DNA from: Vicugna vicugna
Lineage: Eukaryota
DNA: 64,000 bases
NCBI GenBank assembly: GCA_013265495.1
Contig: MU058824.1
Coordinates: 5,467,515 to 5,531,514, forward strand
Direction of reading: 5' to 3'
This document shows, one piece after another, positions 1-10,807 of this stretch (within the stretch, counting starts at the first letter, position 1; every line of letters begins with the position of its first letter). Under the pieces are notes generated by a model, which was given only the letters and a program-made list of their open reading frames with translations, was not told the DNA's origin and searched no databases. A program made the position numbers and the translations under genes.

Positions 1-1027
1 TGCACATGGAATATAGTCAGCAAGTTTTTATTGAGTTTATCTGAAAAGATAACTAATGTTACTCAGAGATTTATGGTAAATGCCAAATGAGTAATTTAGA
101 TCATAATGTCCTACTGTTTTCAGTCAAGGGGCATTTTTTGGTCCTCTGGGCCAGGTCTTCATTCAGATTGCTACCACTAGATGATTTGTGTTTTGTTTTG
201 TTTTATTGAGCAAAGGCACGACTCAGTCTAGACAGAGACAGCCTTGTGGAGATAGAAGAAAGGGAATTGAGAGACTAAGTATCCAAGGATTTATGTTTTA
301 CAAGGAATGTGCTTCATTATCAAAATACTGTTAAATTATCTTGTTCACTTACCAAACTTACATTCGTTAACATTTTAATTTTAATGAGAAAAAGAAAATG
401 AAGGAAAGCTCACTCCCACGCATTGAAATATATGCAGTAATCACCATATCTTGATTGTAATCGTTGTTTTTTGACCTTCTCTAGCTCAAATGATTCAGCT
501 AATTTTACGCAGTTGCACTGTAGAACAATTTTGTTACTGGTTAATTAGAACCAAATGTCCTGATAAGGTCTGATTCTTTCTTTATTCTCAGAACTGTGAA
601 TCTTTGTTCTTCCTGGATCAAACCAAAGTGAACTTCCTTCATATTGGAGATTTCTTCATCTTCAAGTGTGAAAGCACCTGAAGCTTCTCGGTCCAAGGTA
701 TACAACTAGATATCTGCACCGAACACTTCTGTCTTTTAAATTTTAATCAATACAGGCAAGAGTGGTCTTATTATATGAGGATGGACATAACACAATGCTC
801 AAAACAATGCTTTTAATTATTATGGTAGCTAAGATTCAGAGAAGGAACTGAAAATGCATGGGTGATATTCAAAACCTGTATCCTCTTCATCTTGGGGGTA
901 ATGTCATTCTGTAGGTTGTGAAATAATGATGGTTTAAGTTTAATAATTCCTTTCTGTGGTTTTATTAGATAAATAACATCAGAGTTTTTTTTTATATATA
1001 AGAGAGGGGCCCTTGAAATCATACAGA

Positions 1028-1200
1028 CCCAAGTATGAATCCAGCACCACCAGTTTGCCAGAGCTCTTCATTGTAGGCAAGTCGCTTGCCTTTTTCAGCC
1101 TGTTTTCTCATCTGTTCCTCATGGGCTTGCTGTGAGGACTAAGTATTCTAATGTATATGACATCAAAGCACAGTGGTAGTAGTAGCAATCATTACATTAG
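1028..1200 (+). mobile_element. MIR SINE fragment
   Basis: Core-like 'ggcaagtcgcttgcc...tgttttctcatctgt...gggcttgctgtgaggactaag' resembles the MIR consensus core and tail. Confidence 0.65.
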
Positions 1201-1679
1201 CTGAAATAGTATTTGTGGTACAGCTTTCCCTATATCCTTCCTAGGAAACTTGATGTAAAGGCAGTTCCATTTCTCCCCAGTGTTGAGTGAGCCATATGGC
1301 TGGCTAGGACCCCTCTTCCTTCATATTCCTCCTGTGTCCCTTCAAGGATGCAGATGGGTTTGAACTGGGGTTGCCCCTTCCAGGATGGAGGAAAGCTGTT
1401 CTTCAGTTCAGGGTACACTTCTAGGAAACAGGAGAATGACAAATAATAGAGAAGCACCCGCCCCAAATGCTGTCAAATTGTGAGTGTAAACCTAATGCTG
1501 GTTTTCGTGTAGCTGAGTTTTTTTGTTGAAGGAATTAAATTCTAACAAAACTAGCTTTGATCAAAGAAGTTGACCCAATTTCATACAAGAAATCAGGATG
1601 TTACTGAGGATTGAACGGTTTATTGCTAGAATAATAAAGACCACAAGAGGAAGAATTTTGATGTCTTTTGCTCCCTCCT

Positions 1680-1755
1680 GAATCCCAGCTCCTAAAGTTG
1701 TGCCTGGAATATGAGAGGTGCTCAATATATAATTATTGAGTAAATGAATGAATGC
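1680..1755 (+). mobile_element. L2 LINE 3' terminus
   Basis: 'gtgcctggaatatgagaggtgctcaatatataattattgagtaaatgaatgaatg' matches the L2 3' end with its (gaat)n tail. Confidence 0.6.
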
Positions 1756-3869
1756 TGCAAAAGAAAGGGTGGACTTGGGCTGAATTTTAAGCCTGATAAT
1801 TACAGCTGTATAAAAGAGACAGAAGCCACATGGTTAAGGCAGGAAGCTGAAGTTCCTCTTTTCTTAAAATCTCTAAGAGTAGGTTCAACTCCCATGTGTC
1901 CAAGATCATGTTAATTCTAGAACGTTCTAGACCTCTCATGGAAAGCCCCACATCTATATGAAAGAGCTTTCCTCATCTTGGAACTTAGAGGGCTTTGCCA
2001 GGCAACACAAGTATCTACCTACAGTTAATCTTTTACCCCAATCATACCTTAAGACAGATTTCCCTGCTACAGGTCCATTTTGCTTCTTACACTATTTTCT
2101 TATCAGCTACCTGTTACCTGTGTATACAGGTGGTAACGACTCCCAGTGATATTTATTCATAAAGTTCACCTTTTTCTTCATGGAAAGCAGAAAACAGTTC
2201 CTCATTAGTAGCTGGGCCGTATGTAAATAGCTGAATGACATTGTTGCTTTCTCTCCACAAAGGAGAGAAGTTTTGCTCAAGGCTTTTTGTGTCCCAGATC
2301 ATCTTCAGTCCAGGGTGTCATAATACGTTGTGGTTTTACTTTCCTTTCGAAAATAGTGTAGTAGATCAAAGTACTTCTTTCCTTTATGTGAATAATGCTT
2401 TATTCATTTAAACTCCTAATATGAAACAAGAATACTTACTAAAAGATTTCATGGGAATTTTGGGTAGAAAACAGTACTTATTTTATAATCAGTTTGAAAT
2501 AAAATGGTAATTATTTTGAGAAAGAGATTTCTTATTACCATGTTGGGCTACTGACCACTTTTTAGGACAAGGTAACTAATTTAATAAGTGACTATATTTC
2601 TGTTGCCAAAACCTCTGAAGTTGGACAGGTTTCATGCTAAATGGTCTAATGTATATGAAGTCAAAGCACAATTTTTGTTGTTTTTCAAATTTGGTTACTT
2701 AATAGATACAATACCAGAAATAAACCACAGCCTGGAAGCCCCGTCTTAGCTGTTATACATCTCAGGAAAGCATAATTGGAAGACAAGTTTGAACCAATGA
2801 AACCCACAGAGCAGAAAGATACCATTATAGATTTAAAGATCATACATCATCAAAAATACCCTATGATGATGTTGATGAAACCAAAGGACCAAGCTCACTA
2901 AAACCAATTTATTTTCATTGCATATGTAGATAAAAGGCAATGGGTCTGATGAAACTGAGATGACGTAGCAAAAGACTTCAGTGCTCTGCAGTTTGCTTTG
3001 AAGGTGTAATTTATGAAGATACTTTAAAGCCATATGTAATACAAATGACAGTATTTCTGGAAATATATCTGTGCTCTGTAGGACTCATGAGCAGTAATGC
3101 CTGGAGCACTCCAACAAAGGTAGTTGCATGAATTAATGAAGCAATCTGGGCATTGGTCCAATAAAAATGTTGGCTGAATGCTTCCTTGGTTGGGGGAAAG
3201 ATTTTGAGAACAGGATATCTATAAGCAATTGATGCTGGTTAAATAGAACATCTTTCTTACTCTTTTCCACTCACTTCTGAACTAAGTCAGCTGTGTACCT
3301 TTGAGAGAGGAAGAAGGCTTCAAGGGGCATGTTTACTTTGATGCAAAGAGTCAATTTTCAAGTAATTTACTTCTTTTGGAATAGACCAACATTGAATATG
3401 AACACCCAGGCTTAGCAGCCCTTAGAAATAAAGTCTCTGCATTTAATGCTGGTATCTCAGATTTATGCTGCACACTTTCTATAAGATCAAAGTACTATAT
3501 GTAATTCTCAATTTCTATGCAACTGTATATTTGAATATTTATTTTGTGTTGGGAACAGTGGGAAGAAATGGAGTCATATTAACTGAATCTAATAGGAAGA
3601 GTACCCTTCTCTCTTGGCTTGAGGTAGATTCTGTTTTCTACGGGGACATAAATAAAAATGCTAGGCTCCTAAGAACCTCTGTGTCCTTCTTGGCAATCAG
3701 AAGTAGAAGGGAACTGGACATCTTTAAGTGGTTGGTAATACGCCAGTAAGAGAAGAGTATGGTGTGAAGTAGCTGAGCTGGGTGGACTGTCACTTGCTTT
3801 TTAGAAACTGGTCTGAAGGTTGCTCTCCATTCACAGCCACAGAGGATGGAGACCCAATTCAGTGTCATA

Positions 3870-3980
3870 ATATTTTAAATCCGTCCTTATTCTGTTACTC
3901 TCCAGTCATGTTACTCAGGGCAGGTCACTTAACTTCTCTGAGCACCACTTTCTTTATCTACATAATTGGAAAACTAAAAA
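3870..3980 (+). mobile_element. MIR SINE fragment
   Basis: 'gggcaggtcacttaacttctctgagcaccactttctttatctacataattgg' resembles the MIR core. Confidence 0.55.
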
Positions 3981-4487
3981 CTCTCCTCTGTGTCTCACAA
4001 TCATTTCCTGAGACTCCACTGAAACCGTGTTCACAGACGTGTTTTGCTGGCTGTGGAGAACCATGCTGCTGTGAAGTGTGGGTATTATCCTCTCTAATGG
4101 AAAGCTCCCTGAGGGTTTATACCTTTCATAAACCTCTTCCAGCTGCCTACTTTATTTCCCAAACACTCCTCCTTTGGCTCTTCCTTCTTTTTGTTCTAAT
4201 TACATCCAGGAGGAAGCCTCCATTAGGAATTAATGAGCTTTAGTACATTCATTTACCATCTGCTCCCCCTCCCCCTTCTAACAAATGAAGGTGTGTCTCA
4301 GCCTCAGGACCGTATGTTGGCTGTAGCCAGGCAGATGGGAGTGATGCAGATGAGAAAGGTTCTTTATTCCATGGTACCAAGGTCACGTTAGGATTTGGTG
4401 CTGCTTTGGGAAGCCAGATGGTGACTAGAAGGTGAGAAGACCCTCTGTTTAGAGCCCTGCTATGGAGCACACTGGCCCCACTGGTAC

Positions 4488-4690
4488 TCATTTATTCATT
4501 CAGTTAATGTTTACCATGTGTCTGTTGTGTGCCAGGCACTATGCCGGATGGTGAGGATGTAAGGTTGAATAAGACAGACTCTTTTCCTTGAATTGCTCAC
4601 AGCCCACTGGAGGAGATAAATACCTGTACTCAGGTAATTATAGTGCAATATTTGATGTGCTATGTGATGTGGTATAGCACTGAGTCTAGA
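4488..4690 (-). mobile_element. L2 LINE 3' fragment
   Basis: 'tttattcattcag...tgtgccaggcactatgcc...gaataagacagact...gctcacagcccactgg' is the reverse complement of the L2 3' end. Confidence 0.65.
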
Positions 4691-4999
4691 TTTGGATATG
4701 GGGAAAGTTAGAAGAGTGGAGTTACTCTCACAATTTGGGCTTTTCAGAGAAAGGACTGTCTTCTCAGTTCCCTCCGTGTCTGTTAGCAAAGGGAACTGGT
4801 TTGTGAACTAGTGAGTGTCTAGTTGATACCCTCAAGTCCACATCTCTCTTTTTCTTTATGCCTATAAATGCTGTGTCCAGCTTGGGAATCACCCAGGACA
4901 TAACTGCAGCATCGGAAATATTTGTTCATGGAGTGTACAATAATCTCCCCATCTCTGTTTGGAATATCTATATGCCATCTATTGTTTAATGAAGAGCGT

Positions 5000-5445
5000 G
5001 GTAACTAGGACCCTCATAGAAAACAGATGGCACACTAAACTATTACAGAGGTGTGAGTACAACCCCATACAAGGGCTTGTGCAGGAATCTGGGGAAAGCA
5101 GCAGCTGAGCTGAAACAACCTGTGTCCGAAGGCAACAAAAGAGGGATCAGTTTTGGGAACCCAGCAGAGAAAGGTCTTGTGGAATTGGCCTTCTTGACAG
5201 GTACAGTAACCTTCAGTGGAGAGTCGTACTCAGCTCACTTTGAGACTGTCTAGTGGGGAGAGAGCCAGGGAAACAAATCCCTTGACCTCACCTTCCTCCT
5301 CCCTTCCTCACATTTCTTCGATGCTCTCCATTGTCCAGACCCAGTCAGAACCTACAGGGTCTGGGATCCTGGAAACCTCACCCTGGCAGGTCACCGGAGA
5401 AGGGTGGAGAGGGGTCCTGGAGGGGCAAACAGAAGATAACCACTT
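5000..5445 (-). mobile_element. ERVL solo LTR, LTR33-like
   Basis: Termini 'aaacagatggcacact' and 'ggagaagggtggagaggggtcctggaggggcaaacagaagataaccac' resemble LTR33 in antisense. The same family appears in sense at about 35370-35790. Confidence 0.55.
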
Positions 5446-5689
5446 ATGAGAGATCAGGATCTTCACCTGTAACATGAAGGTATAAGAATGCAGGCTTGTC
5501 TGCTCCAAAAAGTTGTGTTATATGTATGTGTGTATAACACAAAGTTTCATGCACATATATTTTTATTATGCCCATAGATATATGCGTGATATATATGCAA
5601 TATTTTCTGAAAATAATAGCACACAAGTTCTGAATAACTCTTTCTTACTTGAGATGCTTACCAGACACTCTTTTTCTTTTCTTTTTCTT

Positions 5690-5870
5690 TTTTTTAAACT
5701 TTCTTAGTTATGGAAAATTTCAAACATACACCAAAGTGGAGAGAACAGTACAATAAATCCCTAGATGCCCACTGTTTTGCTTCAGAACTTATTGATTCAT
5801 GATCAATCTCACTTCATTCATACTCTCATCCAATCTCCACAATCCTATGATTTTGAAAAAAATCCCCTGT
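5690..5870 (-). mobile_element. Old L1 (L1ME-like) 3' end fragment
   Basis: 'tatggaaaatttcaaacatacaccaaagtggagagaacagtacaataaatccc' is the typical antisense L1ME 3' terminus. Confidence 0.55.
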
Positions 5871-6795
5871 TTGGCTTTTGTTAGGCCAAAGGGAATGTTA
5901 AAACTATTTCTTAATAGAAAATTAAGCATATGTGTTTAAGAGCTGAATCATAGGCGGTAATGTATTTTTTTTAAAAATGCTAGTCAGCCCTACTAAACCC
6001 CAGATTATTTTAAAGTGATAAAGAAATGATTGCAAAAATACAATGAAGTCACATGATTTATATAACTATTTACTGTGTTACAGTTTAAAAATGTTGGTTG
6101 GTACCTTTATTTGCCTCTTTTTCTTTTATTGTTTGGTAATTAAATAAAACTGAAGACATCTTCATTTAGGAATTTAGTTGTCCCCCACCCCTATATTGGG
6201 AACCTTTTATGGGATACCATTTACTCTATAGGACATTGTTTCCCTCTGAATTGTAATGTCATATCCCCCAGATATCAATACACGAATGGACCTGTATTGG
6301 GCACCTCTTTTTATTCTGTTGGTTTATTATTTTTTAAATCATTGTGCCAATATCACACTTTATAATATACTATAAAGTATCACTTGATAATAATTCTTCA
6401 TATCTGGTGTATGGAGTCTTTAAAGTATCCTGGTCCTTCTTGGCCTGCTCCTCTATATAAATAGATGCAGTCTGTCAAACCCCATGGGGAAAACAAAATC
6501 CTGTTGGTATATGTTGATTTCTAAAATGATCTGCAAAACGTATTTGTTGAGAACTTTGAAAGTTTTCTGGAAGTTTATGAACTGAAGACTACATGAGGCT
6601 TAAGACAAACAGGAATAAAATATGATTTTTCTCTTGTGCATGTTCAATCTTGATTGAAAGAAAAAGAATGTATCTTTGCAATATTTGTATGTTGAGCATA
6701 GGACCCATATATTTTTTTTTCCCTGCAAAAAGCGTTGTGTTTCTTTTTGGTCCAAGGCTTGGGAGAAGGCTCCAGGGTAGTTAAAAGGCTGCCTA

Positions 6796-7260
6796 AAAAA
6801 TAAAATAAAATAAAATAATTCCATGTGCAGCAACATGGATGGACCTGGAGATTGTCATTCTGTGTGAAGTAAGACAGAAAGAGAAAGAAAAATACCATAT
6901 GATATCACTTATATGTGGAATCTAAAAATATGTATATATAAATAAATAAACGAACTTATTTACAAAACAGACTCAGACATCAAAAACAAACTTATGGTTA
7001 CTAGGGGAAAAAGGGGTGGGAAAGGATAAATTGGGAGTTCAAGGTTTGCAGATACTAACATATATATAAAATAGGTAAACAAGTTCACAGTGTATAGCAC
7101 AGGGAACTATATTCAATATCTTGTAGTAACTTGCAGTGAAAAAGAATATGAAAATGAATAGATGTGTGTTCATGTATGGCTGAAGCATTATGCTGTACAC
7201 CAGAAATTGACACAACATTGTAAACTGACTATACTTCAATTACAAAAAAAAAGAAAAAAA
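6796..7260 (+). mobile_element. 5'-truncated young L1 (3' end plus poly-A) inserted in the FTL pseudogene 3' UTR
   Basis: L1 3' motifs 'gcagcaacatggatggacctggagattgtcattct...atatcacttatatgtggaatct...gtatagcacagggaactatattcaatatcttgta...tgtaaactgactatacttcaatt' followed by poly-A at 7242-7265. The TSD is aaaaggctgccta (6783-6795) / aaaaagctgccta (7261-7273) at a TT/AAAA site. Confidence 0.92.
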
Positions 7261-8052
7261 AAAAAGCTGCCTAGTGGCTGCAGAGAGAGGCTTCTGGCAG
7301 AAGCCCTGACCAGAGGGGCTCCTCAAAGGCCACTGTGTTCAGAGGCTCCTAGTCGTGCTCGAGGGTGAGCTTTTTGAAGAGATACTTGCCCAGCCCAGCC
7401 TGGGGACCAGCCAGCTTGTGGAGGTTAAGTCAGGCGCTTGCCATCTTCTTTATGAGTTTCACCTGCTCACCCAGGATGTTCTCGGCGTCTTCTTGACGAG
7501 TTTCACCTGCTCACACAGGAAGTGGCTCTCCCGGAAGTCAGAGAGGCGGGGTCTGCGTGGGCAGAGCGCAGGGCATGCTGGTCTAGAAGGGCCTTGCTCG
7601 GGTTCCGCTCCACGAGAATGGCGGCTTCCTGGGTTTTACCCCTCTTCTCCGGATGGCTTCTGCACGTCATGGAAGAGGGCACGGCTGCAGTGCTGGTTTT
7701 GCATTTTCAAGAGACACTTGGCACCGTTGAGCTTCTCCTCGGCCCATTCTTGGAAAAAAGAACCCACGCCCTCCAGAGCCACATCGAAGCGGTGGAAATA
7801 GAAGCCCAGCGAGAGGTAGGAGTAAGGGGCCCGCACGCATGTTGACCTGGCGGTTGACGGTGCCTCCACCTCGGCGGAATAATTCTGACGAATCTGGGAG
7901 CTCATGGTTGGTTGGTAATAAGGGTCTAAGCTCAAAAAATGGTGTTGGCTGGTCCCACAGGCCGGGTAGCTGAATGGCTGGTTCCGAAGGTTGCGACTGG
8001 AAGACAGGTTGGAGGGTGGTCTGAGGCTAGAGGAAGGGGCGTTCTTGGGTCT

Positions 8053-8080
8053 GTTTGTCCAAACGCCGTTGAAATGAGAG
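8053..8080 (-). promoter_or_regulatory. Degenerate iron-responsive element (IRE) of the FTL 5' UTR
   Basis: The minus strand reads ctctcaT-ttcaa-CGGCGT-ttgga-caaac, against canonical FTL tcttgC-ttcaa-CAGTGT-ttgga-cggaac. The upper stem is intact; the loop and bulged C are mutated. Confidence 0.85.
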
Positions 8081-8409
8081 GCAGATACTTGGGACTGCCA
8101 AGTGCACCGCCGACCCGTCTCTTTGTTTAGTGTAGTTTTCCACTCACTGTAAAATTTTTCTTTGCAATATGGGCTGTCTCAGTGACAAAAAAAGGTATGA
8201 GAAGAAATGGTTGACAGAATATCTCAACCAGTGATCTCAAAAAATATGTACCATGGACCCAAGGGGCAATGCATTGAATAGGGGCAATTAATTGAATATT
8301 AATTGGCTGGTGATTTAAAGATACTGATGATGAGGACCATGGCTGCAATACAACTGAATCACCAGTCATTTAAAAATGTTGGCTCTGAATGCTTAGGAAT
8401 TGGCTTAGT

Positions 8410-8975
8410 TACTTGTTTGTTGGGTAGCAAATTAGTGGCTTTAACACAACACAGGTTTTATGGGTCAGGAGTCCAGGCACTGGGTCCTCTGCTTAGGGGC
8501 TCACCAGGCTCTGATAAACAGGCAGACCTCATTTTCATCTGGACATTGGCTTGGGGAGAAATCCACTCCTGTGCTCTTTTAGGTTGTGGGCAGAATTCAT
8601 TTCCCGGTTGCTCCATGACTGGTGGCCTGGCTGTCATTGGTGGCCACCCCAGTCCTAGAGGCCATGCAGTTCCTCCCTGTGGGCTTCTTCAACATGGTGG
8701 CTTACTTTGTTGGGCGGGCAAGGAGGGTCTCTGACCTGTAGAAGGAAGGCCCAGTCCTTCTTTCATGAGGTTTCACTTGATTAAGGCTACCCAGGATAAT
8801 CTCCCTTTTGATTTACTCTTTTGACTTGGGACCTTCATAACATCAGCAAAACCCTTTCACCTTTGCCATACTCAGTTTAGAAAAAAGTCACAGATCCTGC
8901 CCATGCTCAGATGGAGGGGCTGATCATACAGGGTGTCAACACCAGGAGGACAGGCAGTTGGAGGGCCACTCTAGG
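8410..8975 (-). mobile_element. MaLR LTR (MLT1E/F-like)
   Basis: Diagnostic MLT1 stretches 'ttagtggctttaacacaacac', 'aggttgtgggcagaattcatttcc', 'cccaggataatctcccttttga', 'aagtcacagatcctgcccatgctca', 'cagggtgtcaacaccaggagg'. Confidence 0.7.
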
Positions 8976-10807
8976 GGCTCTTTGCATAGGGATGAAATAA
9001 AATAGCAGAAAAATTGTCATCTGTGGTCACAATTCCGACCTACTGGTTCTTTAAAAGTAAAGGGCATTTCTGGGATGCGAACTGCGAAGGTAGAGGTGTT
9101 TAGGGAGATGTGGGTCCAGCCCATTTTGTTGTGAGAAGCAGAAGGAATGCACATTGCCCTCCCTGAGCTGTTCAGAAAGGCTGTGCTGTGGGGTCGGGAG
9201 CATGCTGTGGGCTGTCTCCCCTTCAGAGGAGTAGATGTGGGGAGGCACGTCCGTGGCTCTGACTGGCAGGCAACAAAGATCTCCTTGCAGTCAGCAGCCC
9301 AGGAAAGAGTTAAGCCTTGACTTTTGTTCCTGAGCCAGGAGTTTTTGATTAGATGCTTAATTGCCCTGGGAAGCTTATGTGGAGGGTACACGCTTAGTGA
9401 GCTGAGACATTCAGAGACTGAATTTAGTACCTACTGTTAAGCCTGCTCCCAAGGACGAGAATAAAAGGAGTTGTGGGACGTGTGTTGTTGGCACAAACGC
9501 TGGGTAAACAATCGCTTTCCTGGCGGAGCAGCAGTTTCCCGGCGCAGGTGATTCTGTGTGTGGCATTTGTGCTGGCCATCTCCCTTCACCTTTCTGGCCC
9601 TGGCCTGCAAAAAATTTCTGGCACAGCAGGGATTAGTGCCTAATGGCAAGAGAAAAGGCAATTAGCATTTCCTAACAGCTAACCAAACACAAGAGCGTCC
9701 CCCAGCCTTGCATGGAACACCTCTGACCATCCATCCCTCCTCTGTGGCAAAGCCCTGCACCTTACAATTTGTGCTTAATTATACAGGAAAAGAGAAATCT
9801 GTTTCTCTGGGAGAGCCTCTGAGAACCTGTTGGGGAAAGCTTTCAATTTTAATTACAGCAGAAATAACTGGCTGAGGGAACTTTGAAAGGGAATTACCTT
9901 TCCTTTTCTTCCGATTTTGCAAAACAGCTGGCCAAACAGAGTCCCGAGGCTCTGTTTAGGCCACCAGTGCAGGGTGGCTGCAGGCCGTGCTGGGGTTCAT
10001 TTTGCAAATCAGCTGGAAAGATTTCTTTGGGGCTTAAGGAAGCTAATTTAAACATTGCCTGTGTACAGAAACTTTAATCCCTCTTAATGTGTCAGCTGTG
10101 CTGTCAGAAAAGCAGACCTCCTGTGCTGGCATGCACGAGAAAGAAAACTAGCACCGTCTTCATTATTCAAACCATCAGCCCATAGACAAAGGGGAGAAAC
10201 AAGAAACCCATCATCCCAGTGACACCCAGATCTTTCGTGTTTCATTTTGACGGCATTTGTTTCCATGTGGCGTGGGCTCCCCCAACCCCATCCTGCCTGT
10301 TACCCTTTATGGTAATTGAAGCTGGGCCCCAAAGCCCTCGGAGGCTTGTATTTTCTTCTCACATGAGTGACACTTCAGTGATAAACTTGAACTTAAAGTT
10401 ACTGAGGCGGAACTGAGGGTTCATTTGATAGCTAGTGGTTTTCAGCAGCTCCGCGGGGCTTCGGGACGCAGCGTGAGGTAGATTGTTAATGTCCTGTGAG
10501 GCAAAACAATAACACATTTCATTAATGCGTTCATGTGTGAAGCATCCATTAGTGCACTGGTGGTATTAATGACGTTATGCTTCAAACTGACATGCGGGGC
10601 ATGACAGGAATTGCAAGGTCGAATGGGAACAGATGACATGATGAACAAATATTTGAATGGCTTCATTTGCCTGCGGGTCAAATGGTGGGTGCAAGGAACG
10701 GAGGAGGTGGGGGCTCGAAAGGAATCTTTTGTTTTTGACCCAGAGCAGTGGTGGCAAAACCAAAAAAAGAGAAACCCACACATGTGTGCACGGTATATGC
10801 CCTCCCT

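Larger units (their letters stand above)
6712..8120 (-). pseudogene. FTL: Ferritin light chain processed pseudogene (5' UTR with IRE relic, CDS 7905-7349, 3' UTR interrupted by L1, poly-A remnant)
   Basis: The minus strand from the ATG at 7905 reads [15 protein letters not shown]...[29 protein letters not shown]...[17 protein letters not shown]. After frameshifts it reads ...AGPQAGLGKYLFKKLTLEHD* (TAG at 7349-7351). It is intronless. The 3' UTR end 'taggcagccttttaactaccctgg...aagccttggacc...gctttttgcag' lies at 6721-6795, followed by A9 (T-run 6712-6720). It carries multiple frameshifting indels and a premature TAA at 7636-7638. Confidence 0.96.

Noticed and set aside
592..697. Exon-like segment on + (ttctttctttattctcag | 106 nt | gtatac), and a stop-free minus frame LDREASGAFTLEDEEISNMKEVHF…
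   Set aside because: All three + frames contain a stop, the minus frame has no start or good acceptor, and I recognise no protein. It could be a non-coding or decayed exon, but I cannot support that.
2706..3003. Possible decayed exon (ttaatag | … ttgaag | gtgtaa)
   Set aside because: Stops in all three frames, weak splice sites and no recognisable homology.
3782..4243. 153-aa ORF
   Set aside because: It overlaps a MIR fragment, has a non-ATG start and random-like composition, and shows no domain.
7355..7845. 148-aa and 107-aa + strand ORFs
   Set aside because: Antisense shadows of the GC-rich FTL pseudogene.
6673..8170. tctttgcaatat at 6673-6684 and 8159-8170 as a TSD for the FTL retrocopy
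   Set aside because: Both copies lie about 30-40 bp from the inferred insert ends rather than abutting them. I found no convincing TSD.
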